A stretch of 64,000 nt of DNA from Candidatus Eiseniibacteriota bacterium (GCA_963702435.1 CAVPCR010000002.1:32001-96000); one strand, 5' to 3'. Shown: positions 42,401 to 52,138, counted from the stretch's first letter. Numbers and translations are program-made. Notes: generated by a model from the letters alone, not told the origin.

Positions 42401-42452
42401 ACCGACGAGATCGACGAGCTCTGTGAGCAGGATGCGTCGGATGCCGGAACAT
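39414..42452 (-). CDS. Omp85/BamA-family barrel fused to a gluzincin-like peptidase domain and TolB-like PD40 propeller
   Basis: FGKNKVQY, HELVH...WYVEGLAE, WSPDG repeats, LRGY and a terminal FSIGFGY barrel signal. Confidence 0.82.
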   Translation of the reverse strand: MFRHPTHPAHRARRSRRSRLARLLRAPAVPALAAALFLLAAAAPARAQLFFGKNKVQYTDLTWQVMETPHLSLHFYPEERELAHWVAAMAEEACIELMAEMELDSLRAGRIPFLLYSTHRDFEQTNVTPSIVPEEVGGLTDLIKGRVLVPHTGSYHRLRWVVRHELVHALMLEKLAQDMRAHKKTRYSYPPLWYVEGLAEFLATDWDARADMVLRDCVIHDRLVPIEDLWTIDGTFQMYKEGQSILLFIAEKHGRDKVLEYLKRWWKSDKFDVLTNEILGVTTAELNTAWTAELRRCYYPQVREREAVDVAARRVVGHGDFNVAACPVPSPADTATAGNTADAAEGDLELVFLSSHGGYAGLRHGRYEAGVPPEKAPPPILLAKGGSSEEFESLHFFESALDVNAAREVVFVARSGARDVLHIVDVDRRRRLTTLDFPSLVALGSPAWSPDGRSIVMSGVDVAGHRDLYRVARDGTGLAALTSDLYDDRDPDWSPDGRTIVFASDRCSEGPSGATNLYLLDLESGAITALTSGSHEDSEPSFAPDGERIAFRSDRQEGTFDLYVADLGGRVTPLRRFQTAALDPEWTPDGKSLLFTTFVEQTFAIYATPVVELPAAEEPPPAAPEPASVAPALAMLFGREEMGLVDPVPSWPPDALTDLDGPDREANARWEPATPDTTYPVSGYQRRFALDLIQGGVAFDPDFGGGGGGQIAFSDLLNNEQILLFIANEGGDGGSFLDAFDVGVTYYNSKRRINWALGAFRLARTYNADLDLFLQESRLGGLFLASYPLSRFNRIETSLVARRITNHLYRSGVQGDTYFVSNLFSYVHDSTLWSRIGPFDGVRYGVTLGLTTDLGAGIGDYVSVLGDYRWYRRIAGDMTYAVRGQARVSFGDEGQRYYVGGAFSLRGYPHRSVAGQRLLLLNQEIRFPLVQRMVVAMPTGAMDLPVFYGSCFADAAWVGDDVRGEALYGSVGVGFFVGGGPYPRLRVDIAWPTDFHTIADQANTEFSIGFGY

Positions 42453-42551
42453 GCTCGAGTCTCTCCGCCGCTCTTCTGGCCGGGGGCGGCGAGTCGCCTC
42501 TCGGGCGCTGAAGCCAGGGAGGCCGCAGGCTCTGCCGCCTACCCTACAATC

Positions 42552-43412
42552 TTACGACATCGGCCGCCCCGCTTGGCGGCGCGGCGGCACGGGGGCGGCC
42601 GGGGCCGCAGCTCGGAGCACCTCGGCCATGCCATAGCGGCCGGGCGGGGCCGCCGCCGCGAAGGCAGCGGCCGCGAGGGCGCCACTCACAAAGGCGGTGC
42701 GGGTCTCGGCCCGATGGCGGAGCTCGATCGTCTCGCCGGGGCCGGCCAGGTAGATCGTGTGTTCCCCCACCCAGTCGCCGCCGCGCAGCGCGTGGATGCC
42801 GATCTCCTCGCGCGTTCTGAGCCCGCGCCCCGAGCGGCCGTGGCGGTAGGCCTCCTCCCCGGCGCCGCGGGCCGCCGCGAGGACGCGGGCCAGCGCGAGC
42901 GCCGTGCCGCTTGGCGCGTCGGCCTTCAGCCGGTGATGCCGCTCCTCGATCTCGAGATCGAAGTCGGGCAGCGCGGCCGCCGCCCGTGCTGCCAGGTCCG
43001 CGAGCAGCGCTACCCCGCGGCTCATGTTCGGCGAGTGCACGACAGCGACGAGGCGGGACGCCGCCTCGAGCGCACCCTCGGCGTCGGCGCCGAGCGCCGT
43101 CGTCCCGGAGACGAGCGCCACGCCGGCACCCGCCGCGGCGCGGGCCAGGGCAGCCGTTGCCTCCGCGGTCGTGAACTCGATCATCACCTGCCCGCGGGCG
43201 AGGAGGCGCGCCGGATCGGTCTCGAAACGCGGTCCGCCGGGAAAGGGCGTCGTCCCGAGCGCCGGGTCGTCGGCACGGGTCAGGAGCCCGGCGAGCGCGA
43301 AGCGTGGATCGGCGCAGACGGCGCGCGTCACGAGCTCCCCCATCCGCCCGCCGGCACCGGCGACGACCACCGGGATCGGCGCCGCCGCGGACCCCGGGCG
43401 GGTGGCGGTCAC
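42552..43412 (-). CDS. dapB: 4-hydroxy-tetrahydrodipicolinate reductase
   Basis: GAGGRMG, GTT, ERHHRLKADAPSGTA. Confidence 0.95.
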   Translation of the reverse strand: MTATRPGSAAAPIPVVVAGAGGRMGELVTRAVCADPRFALAGLLTRADDPALGTTPFPGGPRFETDPARLLARGQVMIEFTTAEATAALARAAAGAGVALVSGTTALGADAEGALEAASRLVAVVHSPNMSRGVALLADLAARAAAALPDFDLEIEERHHRLKADAPSGTALALARVLAAARGAGEEAYRHGRSGRGLRTREEIGIHALRGGDWVGEHTIYLAGPGETIELRHRAETRTAFVSGALAAAAFAAAAPPGRYGMAEVLRAAAPAAPVPPRRQAGRPMS

Positions 43413-44302
43413 GAGCGCGCCCCCGCTCCGGCGCCCACCTCGAGCCCGAACGCGCGGAGCGCTGCCTCGATCTTCTGCCCGTTCTCCGCGCCCACCGGCA
43501 CGAGCGGGAGCCGGAGCTCGTCGGCGATGAAGCCGAGGCGATGGAGCGCATGCTTCACGGGACCGGGGTTCGTCTCGATGAACATGGCCTTGGTCAGCGG
43601 ATAGAGGCGCGCATGGAGCGCGCGCGCCGCTGCGAGGTCGCTCCGCGCCGCGGCATCCACCATGGCCTTCACCTCGCGCGGCGCCACGTTGGCGACGACC
43701 GACACGATGCCCCTGGCCCCCACGGCCATCATCGGGAGCGTGAGCGAGTCGTCGCCCGCGAGGACGGTCAGGTTCGTCTGCGCCACGAGCTCGCTCGCCT
43801 GGTCCACCGAACCCGCCGCCTCCTTGATGGCGACCACGTGCTCGATCGCGGCGAGGCGGGCGGCGGTCGCCGGAGCCAGGTTGAGCCCCGTGCGTCCGGG
43901 CACGTTGTAGACGACGATCGGGAGCGCGGCCGCGCGCGCCACCGCCTCGTAGTGGCGGACGAGCCCGTCGGGTGTGGGCTTGTTGTAGTACGGGGTGACG
44001 ACCATGACGCCGTCGGCCCCGGCCTCGCGTGCGGCGCGCGAGAGCTCGATCGTCTGGGCGGTCGAGTTGGTGCCGGTGCCGGCGACCACGAAGGCGCGCC
44101 CCTTCGCCGCGGCGAGCACGACCTCGAGCGCGCGTCGCTTCTCCTCCGAGGTAAGGGTGGCTCCCTCCCCCGTCGATCCGATGACGACGAGGCCGTCGAG
44201 CCCGCCGGCCACGAGGTGGCGCGCGAGGGCGCCGAGCGCCTCGAAGTCGACCGCTCCGTTCCTGAAGGGCGTGACGATGGCACAGCTGGCGCCTTCGAAC
44301 AT
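43409..44302 (-). CDS. dapA: 4-hydroxy-tetrahydrodipicolinate synthase
   Basis: GSTGE, PYYNKP, YNVPGRT, IKEA, ETNP. Confidence 0.96.
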   Translation of the reverse strand: MFEGASCAIVTPFRNGAVDFEALGALARHLVAGGLDGLVVIGSTGEGATLTSEEKRRALEVVLAAAKGRAFVVAGTGTNSTAQTIELSRAAREAGADGVMVVTPYYNKPTPDGLVRHYEAVARAAALPIVVYNVPGRTGLNLAPATAARLAAIEHVVAIKEAAGSVDQASELVAQTNLTVLAGDDSLTLPMMAVGARGIVSVVANVAPREVKAMVDAAARSDLAAARALHARLYPLTKAMFIETNPGPVKHALHRLGFIADELRLPLVPVGAENGQKIEAALRAFGLEVGAGAGARS

Positions 44303-44331
44303 GGCTCCCTCCTCGGTGTCACGCCCGCGCT

Positions 44332-45567
44332 CTAGCGCGGGCGCGGGCGGACGGTGAAGTCGATTCCCGTCGTCTCCTCGAGCGGATCCACGCGCACCGA
44401 GTCGATCGGGCTCGCTGCCGGCTCGCTCGGATCATAGCGCCGATTCCCGTCCCGATCGAGGTACGCCTCGACCCGGTACCAGCCGGGCGGGAGGTTCTTG
44501 AGCGCGTAACGCCCGAGGCTGTCGGCCACCGCGGTCGCGAGCGCCGCCGTGTCGGCCGGCGCGTTGCGCGGATCGAGCGGCGGGAGAGCGAGAGCGCGGA
44601 GCCACGCCTCGACGACGAAGGGCGGTCCCGCGGCGCGCGCGGTGTCGGCGGCGGCGGCCTCCCCGGCGAGCACCGCGGCGGCCTCCTCGCCGGCGACCAC
44701 CGAGTCGGGAGCCGCAGCGAGCACCGTATCCGGCACCGCCGCCGGGGGCGGCGACATGGCCGTGCGCTCGCCCGTCGAGTCGATGACGGCGCCCGCGATG
44801 GTGCCGGGCGCCCGCGGGTCGCGGAAGTCGATCACCACCCCGGTCGCCACCGGGCGAGCGGGATCGAGCCACAGCGTGTCGGGGTAGGCGGCGAGGAACT
44901 CCGAGTCGCGATCGAACTCGCGATCCCGGTTGGCGTCGAAGTGCGCCATCACCACGTAGCGCCGGTCGGCCCTGAGACCGATCAGAGCGAAGGTCGAGTC
45001 CTGCGCGGCCTGGGTCACGTAGTCCGGGAGCATGGTGTCGGGACGCGCCGCCGCGCGCTCGACGTCCACCGCCCACACCATGGTGCCGTGGGGACGCTGG
45101 CCCTTGGCGACGAGCCGGCCCTCGATCCGTCCCTGATCGACCGAGTCTCCGGTCGAGAAGATGAAGACGTACGGGGCGACCATCGTGTTCCCCTCGCGCT
45201 CGTCCTTGGCCCCGGTCCCGACGATGACCGTCGTCGTCACGTCGGGCACGAAGTCCTCGCCGCCGGAGAGGCGGAGCGTCGAGCCGTCCCAGCGCCGCTC
45301 GCCGAAGTCGCGCGGCGGCGAGAGGAGCACCCAGTCGAGCACGGTGCCCCGGTTCATGGACTCGGAGAAGGTGATCGCGACGTCGGCATCGGGTGGGACG
45401 CGGGTCGCGCCCGAATCGGGCTCGGTGGCGACGACGAAGGGCGGCGAGAGGTCGCGCGGGCCGCCGGGCGGCATGCCCTGGCGCGCGCAGGCGGCGGCGG
45501 TCGCCACGGCGGCGGCGGCCGCGGCCATGGCGAGGAAACGTCGCGACTCCGCGCGCGGGCGGCGCAT
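44332..45567 (-). CDS. Ig-like (Big_5) domain lipoprotein
   Basis: Lipobox then CARQGMPPGGPRD; ITFSE; DANRD and DRDGN Ca-loops; start may be 45528. Confidence 0.75.
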   Translation of the reverse strand: MRRPRAESRRFLAMAAAAAAVATAAACARQGMPPGGPRDLSPPFVVATEPDSGATRVPPDADVAITFSESMNRGTVLDWVLLSPPRDFGERRWDGSTLRLSGGEDFVPDVTTTVIVGTGAKDEREGNTMVAPYVFIFSTGDSVDQGRIEGRLVAKGQRPHGTMVWAVDVERAAARPDTMLPDYVTQAAQDSTFALIGLRADRRYVVMAHFDANRDREFDRDSEFLAAYPDTLWLDPARPVATGVVIDFRDPRAPGTIAGAVIDSTGERTAMSPPPAAVPDTVLAAAPDSVVAGEEAAAVLAGEAAAADTARAAGPPFVVEAWLRALALPPLDPRNAPADTAALATAVADSLGRYALKNLPPGWYRVEAYLDRDGNRRYDPSEPAASPIDSVRVDPLEETTGIDFTVRPRPR

Positions 45568-45573
45568 CGGACC

Positions 45574-46518
45574 TCAGGCGATGAGGCTCGCGAGGAGCCC
45601 CTTCTGCGCGTGCATGCGGTTCTCGGCCTCGTGGAAGACGACCGACTGCGGCCCCTCGATGACGTCGGCCGTGATCTCGTCGCCGCGGTGCGCCGGGAGG
45701 CAGTGCATGACGACGGCGCGCGGATCGGCCTCCTTGAGGAGCGCCGCGTTCAGCTGGAAAGGCCGGAACACCTCGCGCCGCGCCGCCGCCTCGCTCTCCT
45801 GCCCCATCGAGGCCCAGACGTCGGTGTAGAGCATGCGGGCCCCGGCGGCCGCGGCGCGCGCGTCGTGGGTGACCGTGATCTTCGCCCCGCCCTTCCGGGC
45901 GCGCGCGAGGATCTCCGCGTTCGGCTCGTAGCCCTTCGGCACGGCGAGACGGAGATCGAGACCGAAGATCTCGGCGGCGTCGATCCAGGAGTGGGCCACG
46001 TTGTTCCCGTCGCCGAGCCAGGCCACGGGGAGCCCGTCGAACTCGAGGCCCAGCTCGCGGAGCGTCATCAGATCGGCGAGGATCTGGCAGGGATGCACCA
46101 GGTCATCGAGCCCGTTGATCACCGGCACGCTCGCGTGCCGGGCGAGCCCGCGGACGAGATCGTGCTTGAAGGTGCGGATCATGATGGCGTCCACGTAGCC
46201 GGAGAGAACGCGCGCCACGTCCTCGACCGGCTCGCGGGAATCGATCCCGATCTCCTTCTCCGTGACGTAGAGCGCCGCGCCGCCGAGCTGCGCCATGCCC
46301 ACCTCGAAGCTCACGCGCGTGCGGAGCGAGGGCTTGTGGAAGATCATGGCGAGCGTGCGGCCGCGGAGCCGCTCCGAGGCCCCGCGTTCGCGGAACTCGC
46401 GTTTCACGCGGGCGGCCTCGGCGAGGACCGCCTCGAGGCCCGGGCGGTCCCAGTCGGACAGGGTGACGAAATCGCGCTTCTTCAGAGCCGGCTTCTGGGC
46501 GGACACGGTCGTGGTCAT
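45574..46518 (-). CDS. argF: Ornithine carbamoyltransferase
   Basis: SLRT, HPCQ, GDGNN, DVWASMG, HCLP. Confidence 0.93.
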   Translation of the reverse strand: MTTTVSAQKPALKKRDFVTLSDWDRPGLEAVLAEAARVKREFRERGASERLRGRTLAMIFHKPSLRTRVSFEVGMAQLGGAALYVTEKEIGIDSREPVEDVARVLSGYVDAIMIRTFKHDLVRGLARHASVPVINGLDDLVHPCQILADLMTLRELGLEFDGLPVAWLGDGNNVAHSWIDAAEIFGLDLRLAVPKGYEPNAEILARARKGGAKITVTHDARAAAAGARMLYTDVWASMGQESEAAARREVFRPFQLNAALLKEADPRAVVMHCLPAHRGDEITADVIEGPQSVVFHEAENRMHAQKGLLASLIA

Positions 46519-46996
46519 GGATCCTCTCGATTCCGGGATGGCGCGGGGCCGCGGGGGCCCGGTGGCTGCGCTGACCCGCGGAGTGTAGGAAGCCCCCGCG
46601 CGCGTGGCAAGGGCGCCGCGGAGCCCCGTCCCCCCGGCTGCCGCGCGCTTGCCCGGCGCGCCGCACCCGGCGGGTGACCGCCGTGCCTGAACCCGTGGCT
46701 GTGTGCACCGCATGCGGTCTCCTGCAGTGCCCCCCTTCTGGAGATGTCCGGAGGCAACCGGCAGGACTTGTCGCGGGAACTGCGGGCTGGTAGTCTGCAG
46801 GAGCATGATGGAACGAGCGCCCGATGCGTGGGCATCGTGCCTGCCGGACATGCGCGCGGTTTCGCGACGAGGGAGGACCACGATGAGCGTCTTCGACAAC
46901 CGCAAGAGCACTCTGCCTCGTCCAGCCCCGGGATCGTCTGCGAGTTCGAGCGGTGACCAGGGGTCACCGGCGACTACATGCAGAAGGGGAAGAGAC

Positions 46997-47725
46997 ATGA
47001 ACGACTATGCCAGGGCTTCGCTCTTGTCACTGGTGACGTTGCTGTGTGCGACTGGCTATCCAGTCGCTGGCGAGTGCGCGCAGGACGATCGAGACAGCAC
47101 TCACACGACGTTGGATCTAGTCGACATGCCGGACATGAAGCCCCTCCTGGCCGAGGGGACTGAGATCACGCCGGCAACGCTGTCCAAGCTGGGGTACGAG
47201 GCTATCTCCAAGGATGAATACGAGAAACGCTTCGCTGCCCCCAGGGATGTCCCCAGTCTCAATTTCGCCAGCACGGTAGTCGATTCTCTTGAGGGCACGA
47301 ACATGTTCATCGCTGTGTTCTTGCTTTACATCGTGCAGACGGGCGATGAGCAACCGCCCGGATCCGTTGCGGTCATAGCCATAGACGGCGAGCGCTTTTC
47401 CACAACCACGACTCCGAGTGTCGCCGCCGCGCCATCGCTGTGGACTGTCGGTGACCATGGCATGATCAATGAGGTCGCACCTTCCCGGGGCGTTGCTGGC
47501 GCCTTGACGCAGCTCAAGTACCGCTCCGCCGATCTGGACTACGACGTGTGCTACTACGACGACGCAGCCAAGACACGCTTCGAGCGTGTCATGCGCAAAG
47601 CCACCGCGGGTGGACAGAGGACCTGGGTCATGGCGGTGCAGCAGGATGGAGCGTACTACTCGAAGTCCGCAGTCGTGGATCCGGGGGCGGCAGAGAAGGC
47701 CGAGACTCACCACAACCAGAACTAG
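46997..47725 (+). CDS. Hypothetical exported protein of atypical composition
   Basis: Purine-rich SD, signal-like N-terminus; visibly more A/T-ending codons than neighbours. Confidence 0.6.
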   Translation: MNDYARASLLSLVTLLCATGYPVAGECAQDDRDSTHTTLDLVDMPDMKPLLAEGTEITPATLSKLGYEAISKDEYEKRFAAPRDVPSLNFASTVVDSLEGTNMFIAVFLLYIVQTGDEQPPGSVAVIAIDGERFSTTTTPSVAAAPSLWTVGDHGMINEVAPSRGVAGALTQLKYRSADLDYDVCYYDDAAKTRFERVMRKATAGGQRTWVMAVQQDGAYYSKSAVVDPGAAEKAETHHNQN

Positions 47726-48125
47726 GCGCCTCGCCCCCGCCGGGCCACCCCTCCCCTGGCGGGGGCTCGCACTCGCGGCAGCGGATCCCGAGACCCGAGC
47801 CCCCTGGGCGCGGGTTGCCGCATTCTCCCGCCATGCCGCCCACGATGCCATGCGTCCTTCCCGGACTGGCCGGGTGCGACAAACGGTGGTAGCTTCGCGC
47901 GGCGCGAGCCGGTCCATCCTGCAGGTCACAAGCCACCGCAGGATGACCAGACGGCCTCGAGCGATCGCGAGTCCCTCGAAGTCGGACCGGAGCGGACCAC
48001 CCGTCCAGACCTCCGCGGGGGACCAGTTCTCGTGAACGGGGGTGCGCCAGCGGCGCCGGTGGTCTATCCTCCCCCGCGCTCGCGCTCCCACGAGCGCGCG
48101 AGCCGGCGAAAGGAGTGCTAGGCGT

Positions 48126-48482
48126 ATGCAAGAGACGGGATTCAGCAGCAACTTCTATGTCTTCCTCCTGGCCGCCTTCCTCGGCCTCGAGGTGATCCGG
48201 CGGGTGTCGCCGCTTCTCCACACCCCGCTCATGTCGCTCACCAACGCGATCTCGGCGATCGCCATCGTCGGCTCGATCGCCATCACCGGACAGGAGCGGA
48301 GCCAGCTCTCGATCATCCTCGGCTCGATCGCGGTCGTCGCCTCGACCATCAACGTGGTCGGCGGCTTCCTGATCACCGATCGCATGCTCAAGATGTTCCG
48401 CTCGCGGGAGGGTGACAAGGCCAAGCCGGGCACGAAGGCCGACGGCGGGAAGCCGGCCGCCGGCGGGGAGGGCGGGCGATGA
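48126..48482 (+). CDS. pntAB: NAD(P) transhydrogenase alpha subunit, part 2 (membrane)
   Basis: LHTPLMSLTNAIS, NVVGGF..TDRMLKMF. Confidence 0.93.
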   Translation: MQETGFSSNFYVFLLAAFLGLEVIRRVSPLLHTPLMSLTNAISAIAIVGSIAITGQERSQLSIILGSIAVVASTINVVGGFLITDRMLKMFRSREGDKAKPGTKADGGKPAAGGEGGR

Positions 48483-49861
48483 ACGACGTCTTCGTCCAGA
48501 TCGCCTACCTCGCGGCCTCCGCCTTCTTCATCCTCGCGCTCAAGTGGCTGAGCGCCCCGAGCACCGCGCGGCGCGGAGTCAAGGTCGGCATGCTCGGCAT
48601 GCTCCTCGCCGTGATCGGCACCCTGCTCCTGCCGGACATCGTCTCCTACAAGTGGATCGCCATCGCGCTCGTGATCGGCACGGCGATCGGCATCCCCATG
48701 GCGATGGTGCCGATGACCGCCGTGCCGCAGCGAACCGCCCTCTCCCACGCCTTCGGCGCCCTCGCCGCGGCGCTCGTCGGCACCGCCGAGTACTACCTCC
48801 ACACCGAGCATCTCTCCCGCTTCACGATGGGCGCCCTCGTGCTCGAGGTGCTCCTCGGCTCGCTCACCTTCACCGGCAGCCTGATGGCCTTCGGAAAGCT
48901 CCAGGAGATCCTCCCGCAGCGACCGATCGTGTACAAGGGCCAGAACCTCGTGAACCTGGGCCTCCTCGCCCTCGCCGTCGCCGTCGGCATCTACCTGGTC
49001 CTGAATCCCTGGCACACGGCGCTCTTCCCGGCGCTCATCGTTCTCGCCCTCATCTTCGGCGTCCTCCTCATCATCCCGATCGGCGGCGCCGACATGCCGA
49101 CCGTGATCTCGCTCCTCAACTCCTATGCCGGGCTAGCCGCCTCGGCGATGGGCTTCGTCCTCAACAACAAGCTCCTCATCATCGCCGGCGCCCTCGACGG
49201 CGCCTCGGGCTTCATCCTCTCGGTGATCATGTGCAAGGCCATGAACCGCTCGTTCACGAACGTGCTGTTCGGCGCCTTCGGCCAGCTGCAGGTCGCCGCC
49301 GGCAAGGCCGAGGAGCGGACGGCACGGAGCGCGACCCCGGAGGAAGCGGCCTCGGTGCTCGAGGCCGCGCGCTCGGTCTTCATCGTGCCGGGCTACGGCA
49401 TGGCGGTGGCGCAGGCCCAGTACAAGGTACGCGAGCTCTACGACGCGCTCTCCAAGCGCGGCGTCGAGGTCAAGTTCGCCATCCACCCGGTCGCCGGGCG
49501 CATGCCGGGGCACATGAACGTCCTCCTCGCCGAGGCCGACATCCCGTACGAGAAGCTCCTCGAGATGGACGAGATCAACTCCGAGTTCCCGCAGTGCGAC
49601 GTCGCCCTCGTCATCGGCGCCAACGACGTCACCAACCCGGCCGCCCGCCACGACAAGACGAGCCCGATCTACGGCATGCCGATCCTCGACGTGGACAAGG
49701 CGCACACCGTGATGGTCATCAAGCGGAGCCTGAATCCCGGCTTCGCCGGCATCGACAACGAGCTCTACTACATGCCGAAGACCCTCATGCTGTTCGGGGA
49801 CGCCAAGGGTTTCGTGGCGAGCATGGTGAAGGAGTTCTCCGGGTCGGGCATGCACGGATGA
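48479..49861 (+). CDS. pntB: NAD(P) transhydrogenase beta subunit
   Basis: IGGADMP, LNSYAG, PGYGMAVAQAQ, HPVAGRMPGHMNVLLAEA, GANDVTNPAA. Confidence 0.97.
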   Translation: MNDVFVQIAYLAASAFFILALKWLSAPSTARRGVKVGMLGMLLAVIGTLLLPDIVSYKWIAIALVIGTAIGIPMAMVPMTAVPQRTALSHAFGALAAALVGTAEYYLHTEHLSRFTMGALVLEVLLGSLTFTGSLMAFGKLQEILPQRPIVYKGQNLVNLGLLALAVAVGIYLVLNPWHTALFPALIVLALIFGVLLIIPIGGADMPTVISLLNSYAGLAASAMGFVLNNKLLIIAGALDGASGFILSVIMCKAMNRSFTNVLFGAFGQLQVAAGKAEERTARSATPEEAASVLEAARSVFIVPGYGMAVAQAQYKVRELYDALSKRGVEVKFAIHPVAGRMPGHMNVLLAEADIPYEKLLEMDEINSEFPQCDVALVIGANDVTNPAARHDKTSPIYGMPILDVDKAHTVMVIKRSLNPGFAGIDNELYYMPKTLMLFGDAKGFVASMVKEFSGSGMHG

Positions 49862-50110
49862 CGCCCGAGCGACGGACCGGTCGCGGCACGAAAGCTGTCA
49901 CCCACGGGGCAGGATCCCCCGCCCTGCGCGCGGACCGCGCGGAAGCGGGCCGTGAATCGGCCGTTCGGCGGCGGGATCGGCTGCCATTTTGTCTGGCGGC
50001 GGCGGTGCGGCCGGGACATACTCGGCTCCGGCCTGGCCGCCATCCGCGATCCGACAGGCGCCCGGGGCCTCGATCCGGCCGCCGACGGCCCGGGCTCATG
50101 GAGGCGACCA

Positions 50111-50689
50111 TTGACGATCAGCGCCCCGGTCCACGATGAAGCACGGCTCCGCGACCAGGTCCTCGCGCTCTGGCCCGAACTTGCCTGGATCCAGTCCGCC
50201 GACCTCCGCGAGAAGGTCACCGCAACCTGGATCAAGGCTTTCGCCCTGAGCCCGCTCACGCCCAAGGATCTGACCGAGATCCCCTTCACGCTCCTCGTCC
50301 CCAACTGCCCGATCACCTTCATGGAGCACAAGCGCTGCGTCGTCCACATCGCGCGGCGAGCAGCCGAATCGATGCAGGAGTTCCTCGGGCGCGCGCTCCC
50401 GATCGACATGGACACGGTGATCGCCGGCGCCATCCTCGCGGATGTCGGGAAGCTCCTCGAGTACGAGAAGGTCGACGGGAAGGCGAAGCAGTCGAAGCGG
50501 GGCGAGGCGCTCCGCCACCCCTTCACCGGGGTCGCGCTCGCCATGGCCTGCGGGGTGCCGGATCAAGTGTGTCACGTGATCGCGACGCACGCCGGCGAGG
50601 GCGACATGGTCAAGCGCACGACCGAGGCGTTCATCGTCCATCACGCCGACTTCATGAGCTTCGAACCATTCAAGAACCTACCCCGCTAG
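50111..50689 (+). CDS. HD-domain protein with HD changed to AD
   Basis: EH...ILADVGKLLEY...RH...H.IATH...EA.IVHHAD; TTG start after GGAGG. Confidence 0.8.
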   Translation: MTISAPVHDEARLRDQVLALWPELAWIQSADLREKVTATWIKAFALSPLTPKDLTEIPFTLLVPNCPITFMEHKRCVVHIARRAAESMQEFLGRALPIDMDTVIAGAILADVGKLLEYEKVDGKAKQSKRGEALRHPFTGVALAMACGVPDQVCHVIATHAGEGDMVKRTTEAFIVHHADFMSFEPFKNLPR

Positions 50690-50725
50690 GCCGCGGGCCG
50701 CGGGCGCCCAGGGAGGCTTTCAGGC

Positions 50726-52138
50726 ATGGTAGACACGACGACGACCCAGGCCGCCGCCAGGAAGACGGAGACCGTCACCGCCGCGATGGCGCGTTTCGCC
50801 GCCGGGCTACGCTACGAGGACCTCTCGCCCGAGGCGATCCGCGAGGCCAAGCGCTATCTCCTCGATTCGTTCGGCTGCGCCCTCGGCGGCTACGGCCAGC
50901 ACGACGTGAAGATCGCCCTCCAGGTGCTCGACGAGATCGCGGGCGAAGGCCCGGCGACCGTGATCGGCACCGGCCGGAAGATCGACCCCGTATCGGCCGC
51001 CCTCGCCAACGCGCTCATGGTCCGCGTCATGGACTACAACGACATCTACTGGCAGGCAGATCCGTCGCACCCGTCCGACTTGATCCCGGCGGCGATCGCG
51101 TGCGCCGAGCGCACGCACCGGGACGGGAAGGAGCTCCTCGTCGGCATCCTCCTCGCCTACGAGTTCGAGATGCGGCTCTGCGAGATCGGCGTGCCGGGGA
51201 TCCGCGAGCGCGGCTGGCACCACGCGACCCTGACCGCGCTCGCCGCCCCGATCGCCGCCGGGCGCATGCTCGGGCTCGACGCCGAGCAGATCCAGCATGC
51301 GATCGGCATCTCCGGGAGCCGGCACGCGACCCTCGGCGCCGTCACCGCCGGGAAGCTCACCATGATGAAGAACACGGTCGATCCGCTCGCCACCCAGAGC
51401 GGCGTCCTCGCGGCGCTCCTCGCCGAGAAGGGTTACTCGGGGCCCGAGCACGTGATCGACGGCAAGGAAGGGCTCGCCCACTGCCTCAAGCCCGAGTGGA
51501 AGCTCAACCTCCTCACCGACGGGCTCGGCGAGTCCTGGCGCATCCTCCGCTGCGGGATGAAGGCCTTCCCCACCGAGGCGCTGACGCATGCGCCCATCTC
51601 GGCGGTGCTCGAGATCGTGAAGGGGAACGATCTCAAGCCCGACGACGTGACCGAGATCCACATCCGGTCGCTGGCGCGCGCCGCCGACATCCTCGCCGAT
51701 CCGTCGAAGTACGATCCGCGCACCAAGGAGACGGCCGACCACTCGCTTCCGTACTGCATCGCCGCGGCGCTCGTCGACCGGCAGATGACCCCGGTCCAGT
51801 TCACGATGGAGCGGATCATGGATCCGACCATCCGGGCGCAGCTCACCAAGGTGAAGGTGGTGGCCGATCCCGAGATCGAGGCCGTCTTCCCGAAGCTCCA
51901 GCGGGTGAAGGTCAAGATCACGACGCGCTCCGGCCGCACCTTCGAGAAGGAGCTCGACTACCCGAAGGGCGATCCGCGCCACCCGCTCACCGACCAGGAG
52001 GTCGAGGAGAAGTTCGACGCACTCGCCGCGGACGTGCTCTCGGCCAAGGGCCGGCAGGCGCTCAAGGACGCGGTCTGGAATCTCGAGAAGCAGCACTCGG
52101 TGAGCGCGCTCATGGACCTGACCGCGGCCGGGCGCTAG
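50726..52138 (+). CDS. MmgE/PrpD-family dehydratase
   Basis: DYND, HPSD, GWHH, ETADHSLPY, PKGDP. Confidence 0.92.
   Translation: MVDTTTTQAAARKTETVTAAMARFAAGLRYEDLSPEAIREAKRYLLDSFGCALGGYGQHDVKIALQVLDEIAGEGPATVIGTGRKIDPVSAALANALMVRVMDYNDIYWQADPSHPSDLIPAAIACAERTHRDGKELLVGILLAYEFEMRLCEIGVPGIRERGWHHATLTALAAPIAAGRMLGLDAEQIQHAIGISGSRHATLGAVTAGKLTMMKNTVDPLATQSGVLAALLAEKGYSGPEHVIDGKEGLAHCLKPEWKLNLLTDGLGESWRILRCGMKAFPTEALTHAPISAVLEIVKGNDLKPDDVTEIHIRSLARAADILADPSKYDPRTKETADHSLPYCIAAALVDRQMTPVQFTMERIMDPTIRAQLTKVKVVADPEIEAVFPKLQRVKVKITTRSGRTFEKELDYPKGDPRHPLTDQEVEEKFDALAADVLSAKGRQALKDAVWNLEKQHSVSALMDLTAAGR

Noticed and set aside
45574..46518. argF as an N-acetyl- or succinyl-ornithine transcarbamylase because of SLRT
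   Set aside because: The DxxxSMG ornithine-binding motif (DVWASMG) of true OTCases is intact
47726..48125. Possible pntAA remnant upstream of pntAB
   Set aside because: No domain I motifs recognised in the available translations
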